A stretch of DNA of 64,000 bases. Origin: a virus. The first letter of the stretch is position 1, and each line of letters begins with the position of its first letter. Below the pieces are notes generated by a model. It searched no databases and was not told where the DNA came from. It saw nothing but the letters and a program-made list of their open reading frames with translations. The stretch is from positions 96,001 through 160,000 of IMG/VR virus record IMGVR_UViG_3300012000_000001; one strand, 5' to 3'. This document shows positions 18,752 to 28,758 of the stretch, piece after piece. The position numbers and the translations under genes were made by a program.

Positions 18752-19101
18752 TATTCAGTCCATTTGATTTTCGTTTTAGGTTTCTTCATTTTGGACATAC
18801 CCTTTGGCAGATTAAGGGGTTCGTCTTTATCTTTGTAGTCGTTGTGCTTTGCATGTAGGGCCATTTTTTGATCATCACTTAACATGTCCCTATTTCTATT
18901 TGCCAAATCTCCTATAGTTTTTAATTCACTAGAGTGTTTTTTAATAGCACAAGCAACACTTGTTACGTCGTCCTCATAAGATCGCTCTGTCTGTTTATTA
19001 GAGCAGTGTACGCATCGTGGACTCTCGGTATAATCCGAAAAATGAGCAAACAATTCAAACTTACTGTTGCACTTATTACATTTATAAGTATATATTGGCA
19101 T
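18751..19101 (-). CDS. FmdB-family zinc ribbon protein
   Basis: MPIYTYKCNKC...F...RCVHC, the typical MPxYxYxCxxC N-terminus. Confidence 0.85.
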   Translation of the reverse strand: MPIYTYKCNKCNSKFELFAHFSDYTESPRCVHCSNKQTERSYEDDVTSVACAIKKHSSELKTIGDLANRNRDMLSDDQKMALHAKHNDYKDKDEPLNLPKGMSKMKKPKTKIKWTE

Positions 19102-19104
19102 GAC

Positions 19105-19506
19105 TTATTTCGTATCTCTCTCAACTTCTCTTAACCAAGAAATATTTTGTGTATTTAAAAACTCAACATATTTATCGAATAAAATTTTATTGACTTCTTT
19201 AAATGCCCACTCTGTTTTACAAACCTGATGAATTATGTTATGTTTTTTGTCTTTAAATGCACTGAGATATGGGATAGGATTATATGCTTCTCCTGTTGGA
19301 GAAATTTTAATAAAATACCTATAATGCTGACCCACACTATCAAAATGTTTGGGTTTTTTATTTTGGATGCATTTAGCTGCTATGTGTTTAGAGTTTGGGT
19401 CAGAAACTCTAGCTTTGTTATTCTCGTCTAGAAAATCCTCACTACCCTTTAAACAAAAAAACATTTCAGTAGTAATATCTGGCTTAGTCCTAAAAATATG
19501 TTCCAT
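19105..19506 (-). CDS. hypothetical protein, paralog of 18028..18408
   Basis: Start set at MEHIFRT (TAATG overlap with the HNH stop); shared motifs. Confidence 0.75.
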   Translation of the reverse strand: MEHIFRTKPDITTEMFFCLKGSEDFLDENNKARVSDPNSKHIAAKCIQNKKPKHFDSVGQHYRYFIKISPTGEAYNPIPYLSAFKDKKHNIIHQVCKTEWAFKEVNKILFDKYVEFLNTQNISWLREVERDTK

Positions 19507-20096
19507 TAGTCTTTCCGGTATTGAATAAATGGCTCCCAATCAGACAATATGGGCGTACCACATATAGTAGTTAGTTCCTTGTACCAAGGCAAGTACTCCA
19601 CAGAATATCTAGGCTCGACTGGAGACTGCAACAAAGTCATACCAGCTTCGTTAGGAGTTTTATTGCCCTTTTTATGATTACATTGTCTACAGGCAGTGAC
19701 TATATTATACCAGTTGGTTGATGCTTTACGATTGGGCGAGTATCTGCTTTTAGGTATGATATGATCATATGTTAATTGTGAATTAGAACATTTTTGTCCA
19801 CAATATTGACATGTAAAATTATCACGAATAAAAAGATTGTGTCTAGAAAAATTAATCTTTCTATTGTAGAGATTAAAATATCTGATTGTTTTTGCTACAG
19901 AAGGTACGGGAAATCTTTTGTCATTAGGTCCATGAATAAATTTATCTTTATAATAAGATATTATTTCTATACCATAACTGCTATCATTTTCATACTTCAT
20001 AGACCAAACTATAGCACGTTGCCACGAGATTATCCTCAATGGCGTCATATCTGCATTTAATAATAAGCATTTACTGTGTTCAGCTTTGTTGCTCAT
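19506..20096 (-). CDS. HNH endonuclease (McrA-like)
   Basis: CLLLNAD, RDNFTCQYCG, LTYDHIIPKS, NIVTACRQCNHKKGNKTP. Confidence 0.92.
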   Translation of the reverse strand: MSNKAEHSKCLLLNADMTPLRIISWQRAIVWSMKYENDSSYGIEIISYYKDKFIHGPNDKRFPVPSVAKTIRYFNLYNRKINFSRHNLFIRDNFTCQYCGQKCSNSQLTYDHIIPKSRYSPNRKASTNWYNIVTACRQCNHKKGNKTPNEAGMTLLQSPVEPRYSVEYLPWYKELTTICGTPILSDWEPFIQYRKD

Positions 20097-20811
20097 AACC
20101 ATCTAATCTGGATAAAATCTTAGCAATTATAGGATTGCGTACTATATCACAAGACTCCAGTTTAGCACAGCCTATGCCTTCCAAGCCCTGCAATGCATTA
20201 ATCATACCAGCAAATCCACCTTGCAAATGTCTATTTAAATCTGATTGTCCAGTATCTCCTGTTAATACCATTTTACTATCAGTGCCGGTACGAGTTAATA
20301 ACATTTTAAGCTGCTCGTATGAAGCGTTCTGACACTCATCTGCGACAATAAATGCGTTATGAAAGTTTCTGCCTCTCATCAACCCCAGTGGAACAACCTC
20401 TATTCTATTATTTAGTTTAAGTGTTGTATATTGGGCTGTTGATATGAAGTAATTTATTTCATCAAGAACAGGTAAAAGATACGGATGTAATTTCTCTTCT
20501 GCTGATCCTGGTAAATAACCCATCTTTTCTCCTGCTTCCAATATGGGTCGAGTTATGATAATTTTCTTTACCTTCTCGTCAAGCAGATGCTCTATAGCCA
20601 TACCAATTGCAATATGGGTCTTTCCACTACCCGCTAATCCTTGACAGAAGGTTATGGTATTTTCTGCTATCGTTCTAATATACTCTTTTTGATTTTCACT
20701 GCGAGGTTTTAATCTGTTGCGATAAGTTGAAAACGAATTATTGGGTTCTAGAGAATTGGTTAAATCGACTACTTTGGACTTCTTCTTGGAAGCTTTATTG
20801 TTTTTTCTCAA
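20080..20811 (-). CDS. phoH: PhoH-like ATPase
   Basis: GLAGSGKT, IIITRP, GYLPG, MRGRNF, ADECQNA, GDTGQSD; likely TTG start at 20811 after an AAGGA RBS. Confidence 0.93.
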   Translation of the reverse strand: MRKNNKASKKKSKVVDLTNSLEPNNSFSTYRNRLKPRSENQKEYIRTIAENTITFCQGLAGSGKTHIAIGMAIEHLLDEKVKKIIITRPILEAGEKMGYLPGSAEEKLHPYLLPVLDEINYFISTAQYTTLKLNNRIEVVPLGLMRGRNFHNAFIVADECQNASYEQLKMLLTRTGTDSKMVLTGDTGQSDLNRHLQGGFAGMINALQGLEGIGCAKLESCDIVRNPIIAKILSRLDGYEQQS

Positions 20812-20864
20812 GAGTATTCCTTTATAATGTGGGGGACTTATAATTACCAATTATGCATTAATAA

Positions 20865-20870
20865 TACACC
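20865..20870 (-). promoter_or_regulatory. GGTGTA upstream motif (phoH)
   Basis: Intergenic GGTGTATTATT; recurrent motif. Confidence 0.5.
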
Positions 20871-20885
20871 ATTATGGGTATAATA

Positions 20886-21324
20886 TTATCTACCGCTGGA
20901 ACCAAATCCACCCTCTGATCTTAAAGTATCTTCTAAAGAATCAACTTTTTGAAAATTTAGGCAATGAAAAGTTTCAAAAATAATTTGTGCTATTCTATCA
21001 CCACATGTAATAGTAAATGTGCTATTTTGATCAGTATTATATAGCACTACCCCTATTTCTCCTCTATAGCCCGGATCTATAACTCCTGCTAGAACGTCGA
21101 TTCCGTTTTTAAATGCTAGTCCAGAACGTGGTGCTATGCGGCCATAAATTCCATCTGGTATAGCAAGAGACAACCCGGTTCGCACCAGTTTACGAGAGAG
21201 CGGAAGAATCTCAGTATTTTCTATTGAGTATAAAATCCGCTCCTGCGTCATTATTATTGGCTCTGATTGGAGTCCGAGCCGAAGGGTCAAGCTTAATAAA
21301 TTTGACACTTAGATTGGTATTCAT
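20886..21324 (-). pseudogene. dut: dUTPase interrupted by a one-base frameshift at 21232-21235
   Basis: ATG at 21324 gives MNTNLSVKFIKLDPSARTPIRANNNDAGAD, then stops after FILNRKY; LYSIE...RIAPRSG...GVIDPGYRGE...RIAQ...RSEGGFGSSG continues in the +1 frame. Confidence 0.85.
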
Positions 21325-23523
21325 TTATAATAAACATGCTCCGCCAGCACAGCTAATTTCTTCTATACCTACAGTATTATCTTCTGACTCTGATAACTGT
21401 GTATAGTCAACTTTATTATAACTATTGTATAGGTCACAATAAATTTTCCAATTATAAACATCTTTCATACAATATGTTAAACGACGCAAATCAGAATCAA
21501 AATATTTACCGGCAAAATTCTTCATTTTTGTCATAAACTTTAGTTTACTAGCATCATCTGTTTCTTTGACTTGGTTCATGCTAACATAATCACATGCTGC
21601 CCATAAATTATTATTAAATGCATTTAATCCAAGCTCTATTAAGCCAGAGCACCACAATGCAGCATCTCCGTATTCTTTAACAATTTCTCTACTAGTATAG
21701 ACTGTAGTAAATGGAGCTTGTGGATAATCTTTATCTCCACTTTGAGGAATTAAACTAATTCCAGCAAAGTATTTGCGATTATTATAAATATATTTAGTTA
21801 CCTCTTCCCACTCGTCCGGTTTTACTGTTACAGTATTACTCACATTATGACTAAGGTAGTCCTGTGTACATAGTGATCTATTTTTGCCAGAATAAACCCA
21901 ATTTTTCTGAGTTTCTTTGACGACAGCTAACATCTCAGTAGCAGGTAATTGATTCTTTAACTTGGCACCATCCGGCACCTCGATAGGGAACTTAATAACC
22001 TCGTCTGTATTATTAGCAGACCATGAAGACTTCTCACAAGCTTGAGGGTTGTGTTTCTTGAAGTGTTGATATGGTGCTTCTAAAATATTAGCCTGAACAT
22101 GCCTAATGTATCTTTTAGCGTGATGTGGGTGGATACCTGAGCTTGTTCCCAACATTGAGCTAGAAGTGCCTTCTGGTTTTAAGCAAGTTACTCTGGCCGC
22201 TTGATTTATGCCAATTTTTTCAGATATACTCTTATTGGTATCTACAGCGATCTTTGCCCCATTCTTTAATATTTTCTCTGTAAGAATAATATCATGCTTT
22301 TCCATAATACCAGTTAAGGATACGCCAAGTAAGGCTTCTCTGTCGAAAATTCTCTTACTAGTTGCGCCTAGATAATCTAAATTAGTAAATCCAGCTTGTA
22401 GTGTTCCGATGATGGCAGCGGCTCTGCATCTCTCATAAAAATCTTCTTCATCAGTAACTGACGAACAGTTAATGGTTGAAAGATTGCACCCTTGCCATCC
22501 GCTTTCTCCTGTGGTTTCATCAACTGGCCACATACCTACTTCTACACATGGATTAAAAGTCATTTCTGTTGAATCGCTCCAGATAAATCCTGGCTCGCCA
22601 AATTCTTTGACAGATTCCATCAAAGCGTTGAATTCTTCGAAAGTAGTCGAGTCTTTAAGTAATAGGGCTGAGTTATTGCTTCTTGCTCTTTGAGGGTTAT
22701 CAATATACCAATTGCCCGTTTTAGCCTTAGCCATCTCTTCATCATCCGCACTAAACAGAGCTAAAGAAGCACTGCGTCTAACACCACCAGACAGAACAGC
22801 ATCACTGCTATGCATAATAATATCATATGCGTCAATAGGGCGAAGTTTCTTTTGTCCATTGGCGATACATCTATCTAATAGAGTTCTAATTTTTTCTAGA
22901 CCATTTTGAAGTGGTTCGAAACCGGGTGCCTTGCCAACACCGGAAGATAATTTAGATCCCTTAGTTCTAATATTAGAATAATCAAACACTACATATTGGT
23001 CTTTATATTTTTTAAATGCTTCTTCACTAGGTTTAGTAAAGTATGAACTGAGTAATACTCCTAGAGCATCAGCCCAGCCTTCTATGCTATCTTCAATGAT
23101 ATATTTAACACCAACCTCTGGAGTTTTAGGATTTTGTGATAGTGTCGGTAACTTAGATACATGGTGCTTTTGCACACTAAAGCCCGTACCACTACCGCAC
23201 AATAATAACCAAAAACATTCTTGAAAAAATCTTAATCTGTCGCAATAAGAGCTTGTGCAATTATAAATTTTGGCATGTCTTTTTAGGATTGGCTCGCCGC
23301 CAAATTGTAAAGCTCTTTGTGAGCCTAATACTTTCTTTTTAAACATTAGCTCATATGCCCAGTTAATATCTTCGGAGATATTCTTATCGGCATAGAAACT
23401 ATGCATCATGTTTTTAACACGATCTACAGCTTCTTTCCATGTCTCTCTGCGGTTCTTATCTTCGATCCATCTTGCATACTTACTAACAAACGTGTAATTT
23501 TGTAATTCTTGCAGAGCTGACAT
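21325..23523 (-). CDS. nrdJ: class II (adenosylcobalamin-dependent) ribonucleotide reductase
   Basis: RRETWKEAVDR, IYNCTS, GGVRRSA, NPCVE, GCNLS, TCLKPEGTSS, HNVSNTV, C-terminal SCAGGAC. Confidence 0.9.
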   Translation of the reverse strand: MSALQELQNYTFVSKYARWIEDKNRRETWKEAVDRVKNMMHSFYADKNISEDINWAYELMFKKKVLGSQRALQFGGEPILKRHAKIYNCTSSYCDRLRFFQECFWLLLCGSGTGFSVQKHHVSKLPTLSQNPKTPEVGVKYIIEDSIEGWADALGVLLSSYFTKPSEEAFKKYKDQYVVFDYSNIRTKGSKLSSGVGKAPGFEPLQNGLEKIRTLLDRCIANGQKKLRPIDAYDIIMHSSDAVLSGGVRRSASLALFSADDEEMAKAKTGNWYIDNPQRARSNNSALLLKDSTTFEEFNALMESVKEFGEPGFIWSDSTEMTFNPCVEVGMWPVDETTGESGWQGCNLSTINCSSVTDEEDFYERCRAAAIIGTLQAGFTNLDYLGATSKRIFDREALLGVSLTGIMEKHDIILTEKILKNGAKIAVDTNKSISEKIGINQAARVTCLKPEGTSSSMLGTSSGIHPHHAKRYIRHVQANILEAPYQHFKKHNPQACEKSSWSANNTDEVIKFPIEVPDGAKLKNQLPATEMLAVVKETQKNWVYSGKNRSLCTQDYLSHNVSNTVTVKPDEWEEVTKYIYNNRKYFAGISLIPQSGDKDYPQAPFTTVYTSREIVKEYGDAALWCSGLIELGLNAFNNNLWAACDYVSMNQVKETDDASKLKFMTKMKNFAGKYFDSDLRRLTYCMKDVYNWKIYCDLYNSYNKVDYTQLSESEDNTVGIEEISCAGGACLL

Positions 23524-23663
23524 TATGATCTCCTAGAGTTTAGAATAGCCGCTAATCCGATTATAACAACGGCGTGAAAAGAATAATTTATAGTGTCAAT
23601 ATTATCACTAAAAAAACGTTGATACATATATACTATTGTGGATATGTAAAATGCTATAGACAT
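23523..23663 (-). CDS. 46-aa putative small membrane protein (not in ORF track)
   Basis: MSIAFYISTIVYMYQRFFSDNIDTINYSFHAVVIIGLAAILNSRRS; two hydrophobic segments; TAATG overlap with the nrdJ start. Confidence 0.6.
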   Translation of the reverse strand: MSIAFYISTIVYMYQRFFSDNIDTINYSFHAVVIIGLAAILNSRRS

Positions 23664-23665
23664 GA

Positions 23666-24130
23666 TTATACACCAGGAATGTTTTTGAGCCATGATAAAT
23701 CTGGTTTGACTCGAACGATTTTTATGCCACTCATCTTAACAAATAAATCAAATCTTGCTTTAGCATTTTCGTCAAATAAATGTGTACCGTGATCGTCCGA
23801 CATAACAACAGTAGTCACACCCTCTTGCCACAAGGCCATAATACAATCATTGCAACTTTGACCTGTAACATAAGCTATTCCGTTATCCGGCCTAACAACA
23901 CAATTGCTTAGAGCATTACGTTCGGCATGAATCATCCAAGGATATTTTTCTGGCCTAGTAGTAGGCAGTTTTGTATCGGATAAGCCTCTAGGAAAACCAT
24001 TGTATCCTACACCCAATATTCTATTATTTGTATCTGTGATTACGCAGCCGTGCTGCGTGTGAATGTCGTGACTGCGTTGAGAAATCACACGAGCCAACCC
24101 AAGAAAATAATCAGTCCATTGTGGTCTCAT
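23666..24130 (-). CDS. dCMP deaminase (ComEB-like)
   Basis: HGCVI, GYNGFPRG, IHAERNAL, SCNDC. Confidence 0.92.
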   Translation of the reverse strand: MRPQWTDYFLGLARVISQRSHDIHTQHGCVITDTNNRILGVGYNGFPRGLSDTKLPTTRPEKYPWMIHAERNALSNCVVRPDNGIAYVTGQSCNDCIMALWQEGVTTVVMSDDHGTHLFDENAKARFDLFVKMSGIKIVRVKPDLSWLKNIPGV

Positions 24131-24170
24131 AGTATAGTTGTCTCAAAAGCCGTGTATCGACGATGAGGTT

Positions 24171-24198
24171 ATTATATCACTACAGAACCCAAAGTCAA
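24171..24198 (-). promoter_or_regulatory. sigma70-type promoter upstream of dCMP deaminase
   Basis: TTGACT-N16-TATAAT with TGn extended -10. Confidence 0.7.
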
Positions 24199-24267
24199 CC
24201 ACCATTTCATAGAATCGTCCAATTCAAATAATCGACCGGCGTCTTGCACAAATAAACATTATTACAC

Positions 24268-24921
24268 TTAATAAACTATAGATTGCAATAATTTTTCCAT
24301 AATTTCAAATTTACTTTGATTAGTAGATACGCATGACACTTGAGGTATATGAACTAACGACCCAATTAATGGATAATCAACCACAGCCATTATTGATCTA
24401 TATATCAGTTTATGATAAGATAGCATGACCATATCAGAAGAATGTGCTTTATCATCAATTTTGATATAAAATTCTTTTTGGTGCGCCATGTAAACAAAGT
24501 GATCTATTGCCTTTTGAAAATCTACATCTGTACCGGACACAACACAAGGCACATGGTTTTGGTATATCGTGAGGCCGTCTCTGTTAAACATATCCAGATC
24601 TGTCATACCTAGGTTTAATACATCGTAGTCAATCATTATTCCACCACCGACAACAACCATAGCCACCCACCTCATAAAACAATGATAATCATACGGAATA
24701 GGATTGGCACTCGGTATACTCGCAAATATAGATTTATAAAAATCATATTTAGAATGTTGTCTAGCCATATCTTCTGATAAGACTTTAAAATCCCAACCGT
24801 GCCTATTCCAAGACCTTTGACACAATCCTATGAGTTGTTCTTGATCATAGTTTCTATTATTATTTATATCACTAATTAACTCATAATATGTATGGCATTT
24901 TTTATTCACGATAGTAGCCAA
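24268..24921 (-). CDS. putative GT-A glycosyltransferase
   Basis: SWNRHGWDFKVL, CFMRWVAM, IMIDYDV (DxD). Confidence 0.5.
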   Translation of the reverse strand: MATIVNKKCHTYYELISDINNNRNYDQEQLIGLCQRSWNRHGWDFKVLSEDMARQHSKYDFYKSIFASIPSANPIPYDYHCFMRWVAMVVVGGGIMIDYDVLNLGMTDLDMFNRDGLTIYQNHVPCVVSGTDVDFQKAIDHFVYMAHQKEFYIKIDDKAHSSDMVMLSYHKLIYRSIMAVVDYPLIGSLVHIPQVSCVSTNQSKFEIMEKLLQSIVY

Positions 24922-25691
24922 TGATTGTTAATTTTCATATTAGATATTTTATTTTTACCAGTAACGTAAGTATAATGTAGCATCCAATAATTTTTATTTT
25001 GTTTGTATAAATAATCTACAGATAAATTTGGAAATACAGATTTGGGCAAAGTCAATATTTTCAAATCGCTGGAAAGTAATTGTTTGTTAATGAACGATTG
25101 ATTACCGCTATTTTCCGACATATCTTTGTGATTATAGGTAAATAAATCATCAATAATTTTTTGATAATTTTTAGTATTCATGATCATGAAACCGGTGCAA
25201 TAACTGTAACAATAATGTTTATACACTAATTTAGAGTCTATAATTTCTGTACACTCGTCGTGATTTAATAAGTAGTCCTCGCCATCTTGAAAAATAACAT
25301 CATAATCGCTATTAGCTAAATACGTATTTAATAATGTTATAAAATTATTATTGATCCATATATCTGTATCTATATAAATAATGTTGTCATATATGTTATG
25401 AAACATTTTTAAGATTTTGGTTTTAATATTAAGCTTATAAAATACTAATGTTTTGTAGTCTGTGCTTTGCCACTCTAAAAATTTATCGGTAATCGAATCG
25501 TCACACTCGTCTACCAGCAAAATACAGCCATATTTAGTATATTTACCTAAAGCATTATAGCTAGTTTTGTCTAAGCACACTATAACTAAAGAATTAAGCA
25601 ATATACTGTCTAATTCTATGCACCTCTGTAAAAAATTTTTTACAATATCTAGATACCCATAGTTTGTAATTATAAAATATAAATTTTTCAT
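24906..25691 (-). CDS. nucleotide-diphospho-sugar transferase (GT77-like)
   Basis: VIVCLD, IIYIDTDIW, IFQD, CTGFMIM, NQSFIN, LPKSVFPN, LHYTY. Confidence 0.7.
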   Translation of the reverse strand: MKNLYFIITNYGYLDIVKNFLQRCIELDSILLNSLVIVCLDKTSYNALGKYTKYGCILLVDECDDSITDKFLEWQSTDYKTLVFYKLNIKTKILKMFHNIYDNIIYIDTDIWINNNFITLLNTYLANSDYDVIFQDGEDYLLNHDECTEIIDSKLVYKHYCYSYCTGFMIMNTKNYQKIIDDLFTYNHKDMSENSGNQSFINKQLLSSDLKILTLPKSVFPNLSVDYLYKQNKNYWMLHYTYVTGKNKISNMKINNHWLLS

Positions 25692-26456
25692 TTATAAGAT
25701 GCCTTTAATTTCTGAATCCGTCGGATTGTTTCGCAGCCAATTTATCATTATAGAAAAAGAACTTTCATTAGAACCAATAAAGACTTTGCACTTTTGCAAG
25801 ATGTAAAAGTCTGCTACTGTGTGTAGATCTGTTGTGTATCTCGTAACATTCGATCTGTTATAAGGACCATGAAATTTGGATTTGCCATTGTGTATTGTCT
25901 GATACACATGTAGTCTGTCTTGAAAAATTTTGAACCATTTGTTTTGAGTTTCTGCATTATCTGTAGCTAAAAAAATAGATTCTGTTTTTGATAATAATGT
26001 ATCAATAATACTTTTTTCATCTATGGGCGGATGTCTATTTTTATCTTGTTCCAGTAGAGCTGTTTTGCATCCTGTTCTTAAATGTACTCCGATACACTGA
26101 TTAATATTATTTTCTTTAATATATGACTCAAATAATTGTACTGGCATAGGTTTGTATTTTAATTTTTTATATGCCAATCTAATAATATCTTTAGCATTAA
26201 ATTCTTTCACCATATTAGAAAAAGATTGTGTAATAATTGGATCATTATTAATTGGCTTATCAGTAGGCTGTAAATGATATAAATATCTAAAAGGAAAGAA
26301 AAATTTATCAAATCGTACATTATTATGATTATTTATAATCCATTCTTGCTGTGCTGCTTGTGCTTCTCCAATACTAACTAAAAAATTAGCCGCTAGAGAT
26401 AGTCTTAGTTGGTTAATAAAACCATCAGGACATTTAATTAAAATTGTTTTATTCAT
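25692..26456 (-). CDS. GT-B fucosyltransferase-like protein (NodZ/O-FucT clan)
   Basis: GFINQLR, IGVHLRTG, IFLATDN, DFYILQKCKVFIGSNESSFS. Confidence 0.7.
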   Translation of the reverse strand: MNKTILIKCPDGFINQLRLSLAANFLVSIGEAQAAQQEWIINNHNNVRFDKFFFPFRYLYHLQPTDKPINNDPIITQSFSNMVKEFNAKDIIRLAYKKLKYKPMPVQLFESYIKENNINQCIGVHLRTGCKTALLEQDKNRHPPIDEKSIIDTLLSKTESIFLATDNAETQNKWFKIFQDRLHVYQTIHNGKSKFHGPYNRSNVTRYTTDLHTVADFYILQKCKVFIGSNESSFSIMINWLRNNPTDSEIKGIL

Positions 26457-26727
26457 AATTAATAATATTTAAATTTTTAGTATAAAAAAGTTAATATTTT
26501 TTTAGAGTCGGTAAGAGTATTCGTCTATATTTTTTGGTATCATATAATTTCGCCTAAGATAATATCTATATCATGCATAGAAATAATATTTGTTAATTCT
26601 AAGTTATTTTTATTGCTGAGGTCGGAATATAAATATGCTTTATTTATCTTGATCTGACATTCTATCTATAATTCTGTAAATATATCTATCATATAGTTTC
26701 GATTATAATCATTGATATAACCATCCA

Positions 26728-28758
26728 TTAATGTCCTCTTAAAACCTCATTATTATAACTATTGAATTGTTTGCTAGTTTTTGTTATATTATTTTTTTGT
26801 ATACTATTTTGATAAAATCCCATAGTCTGACCATATAGTAGATAGTGATGATACGCTCTTTGTGCTGGACTATATTCGCTATATCCTTCTGGAGACATAT
26901 AGTAATTTTGAACTATTGGGTATTCTGATAAATAAAAGTAGCTATCGAAATCTTCTGGGGGATTTAAACAGTTTTCTATCTTAATAATAGATAATTCTGT
27001 TATTTTTTTATGAATAATTGCCGGGTTATATTTTTTTATAATATCAGATACTTTTACATTGGTGTCATGTGAATCTTTAGTGCTATAATTATAAATTAAA
27101 TTATTAATGCTATAATTTCGTTTAATAAATTGCCATAACAGCCTATGAGAATCGTCAAAATTAAAATAATCTTCAATAATTTGATAAATAACATAATCAT
27201 AAGGCATATGATCCATGACATTTAGAATATAGCTTGGTAGAAGATTAAAACAAAAATCCATGAACCGTATAAATGTAGAACAGCCGGTGGCATATAAACA
27301 AATCCCGCCATTAAGATGCTGATTTACAATATTGCTGTATGTGGCTTCATTATATCCGTCATATATTGAACCAGATATCCAAAAAGACCCAGAGAATCTA
27401 GTATAATTATATATTCTTTCCAACCATTCATCTGTTAAATAGCAATCACACTCTAAAAATAAAGTAGTATTATATACTGTTAAAAATTTAAATGTTTGAA
27501 AAAAACTATAATTGGGTCCAGATTTATATCCATAGGTTAGGTCGCTATTCGTCTTTGTTGTATTATAAAAATTATATTTATCTGGAATATTAATATCTAT
27601 GATTTCTACTTTTTTAAATAAACTAGATAATAAATTTATATCAATTAAACTATAGTTGTCTGTTGTACAAAAAATCTTAAAATCCAATAGTTTTGCGAAG
27701 TGGGCGTTGATGGGGTTTTGAGCTATTGATTTTTGAATATTCTTTAAAAAATAAGAGTATTGATTGTCTTGTAATTCAGACCCGGTTATAAGTAATGCTA
27801 CGCATTCTAGTTTATTATCATAAGCTGATAAAAAATTATTATTTATATATGGATCAATACTGAAAATAGGATTGTGACTAGGTTTGTCGTTCAACGAATA
27901 GCTGGTGCGTTGTTTGTTTGCTCTATAATCTATATGAATAGCATTAATTTCTGGATATAAATTTACGCAATTAATTTTTTGCTCTATTAACGCTTGTTTA
28001 AGTAGTCGGTCACAGTTACCATAACCTAGTTTAAAATTTAAAATTGAAATATCAGATAGTCTGGGCGAATGTCTATAAATCCAGCAATCGTGAGAATAGA
28101 GTGGATTTGTTGGTGGAGCACTTTCGTCATAGTAATCTTTGCTTGGTATGATTTTTTTAGTTTCATGGTGCAAATCTTTGCGGGTTACCATATAGAAAGT
28201 GTGCTGATCAAATGTTTGATTATTTAATTTATCTATTGTCTCATCTAAATAAATATCAGAATTGATTAGTATTTTGATAGCATTAGCGTAATGTTCATTT
28301 GCATATTTTATCCAATCATAATAAGATAATCGATCTTTTATAAAAGAAATAGAAATTTTTGTAGAATTAAGTTCTTGTTGCAAATCTGAGATGGGGCCGA
28401 TATTTTTAGTGTCTGAGAATATATGAATATGATCAATATAAGAATTATTAATATTTTTTTTTAAACATACAAGTCTATTTTCTTTAGTATTATCATCGCA
28501 ATACCATTGAACAAACAATATCTTAAAATTATCATTGGTGTTCTGATATTTTTGTTGTTGGGCCACTATTTTTGAGGGAATAAAAAAAGCATTGCTCTGC
28601 TTATATACTCTATTTTCATATTGACCATAATGTAAATAATGTGTCCTACAGTGTGCTTCAGTTTTTAATCCGGCTTTCTGTAGATCAGGATGATTTTTTA
28701 AGTAGTATTCCCAATCAAAATCGTTTGGGATATTTTTATTATCGTATCGATTAGCCAT
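26728..28758 (-). CDS. multidomain glycosyltransferase-like protein with terminal FDxxxY repeats
   Basis: FDWEYYLKNHPDL...HYLHYG at the N-terminus and FDSYFYLSEYP...HYLLYG at the C-terminus; NSDIYLD and FLECDCY DxD motifs; start MANRYD. Confidence 0.65.
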   Translation of the reverse strand: MANRYDNKNIPNDFDWEYYLKNHPDLQKAGLKTEAHCRTHYLHYGQYENRVYKQSNAFFIPSKIVAQQQKYQNTNDNFKILFVQWYCDDNTKENRLVCLKKNINNSYIDHIHIFSDTKNIGPISDLQQELNSTKISISFIKDRLSYYDWIKYANEHYANAIKILINSDIYLDETIDKLNNQTFDQHTFYMVTRKDLHHETKKIIPSKDYYDESAPPTNPLYSHDCWIYRHSPRLSDISILNFKLGYGNCDRLLKQALIEQKINCVNLYPEINAIHIDYRANKQRTSYSLNDKPSHNPIFSIDPYINNNFLSAYDNKLECVALLITGSELQDNQYSYFLKNIQKSIAQNPINAHFAKLLDFKIFCTTDNYSLIDINLLSSLFKKVEIIDINIPDKYNFYNTTKTNSDLTYGYKSGPNYSFFQTFKFLTVYNTTLFLECDCYLTDEWLERIYNYTRFSGSFWISGSIYDGYNEATYSNIVNQHLNGGICLYATGCSTFIRFMDFCFNLLPSYILNVMDHMPYDYVIYQIIEDYFNFDDSHRLLWQFIKRNYSINNLIYNYSTKDSHDTNVKVSDIIKKYNPAIIHKKITELSIIKIENCLNPPEDFDSYFYLSEYPIVQNYYMSPEGYSEYSPAQRAYHHYLLYGQTMGFYQNSIQKNNITKTSKQFNSYNNEVLRGH

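Noticed and set aside
21228-21240. Classical -1 programmed frameshift in dUTPase
   Set aside because: The needed shift is +1, and no X XXY YYZ heptamer or downstream structure is evident
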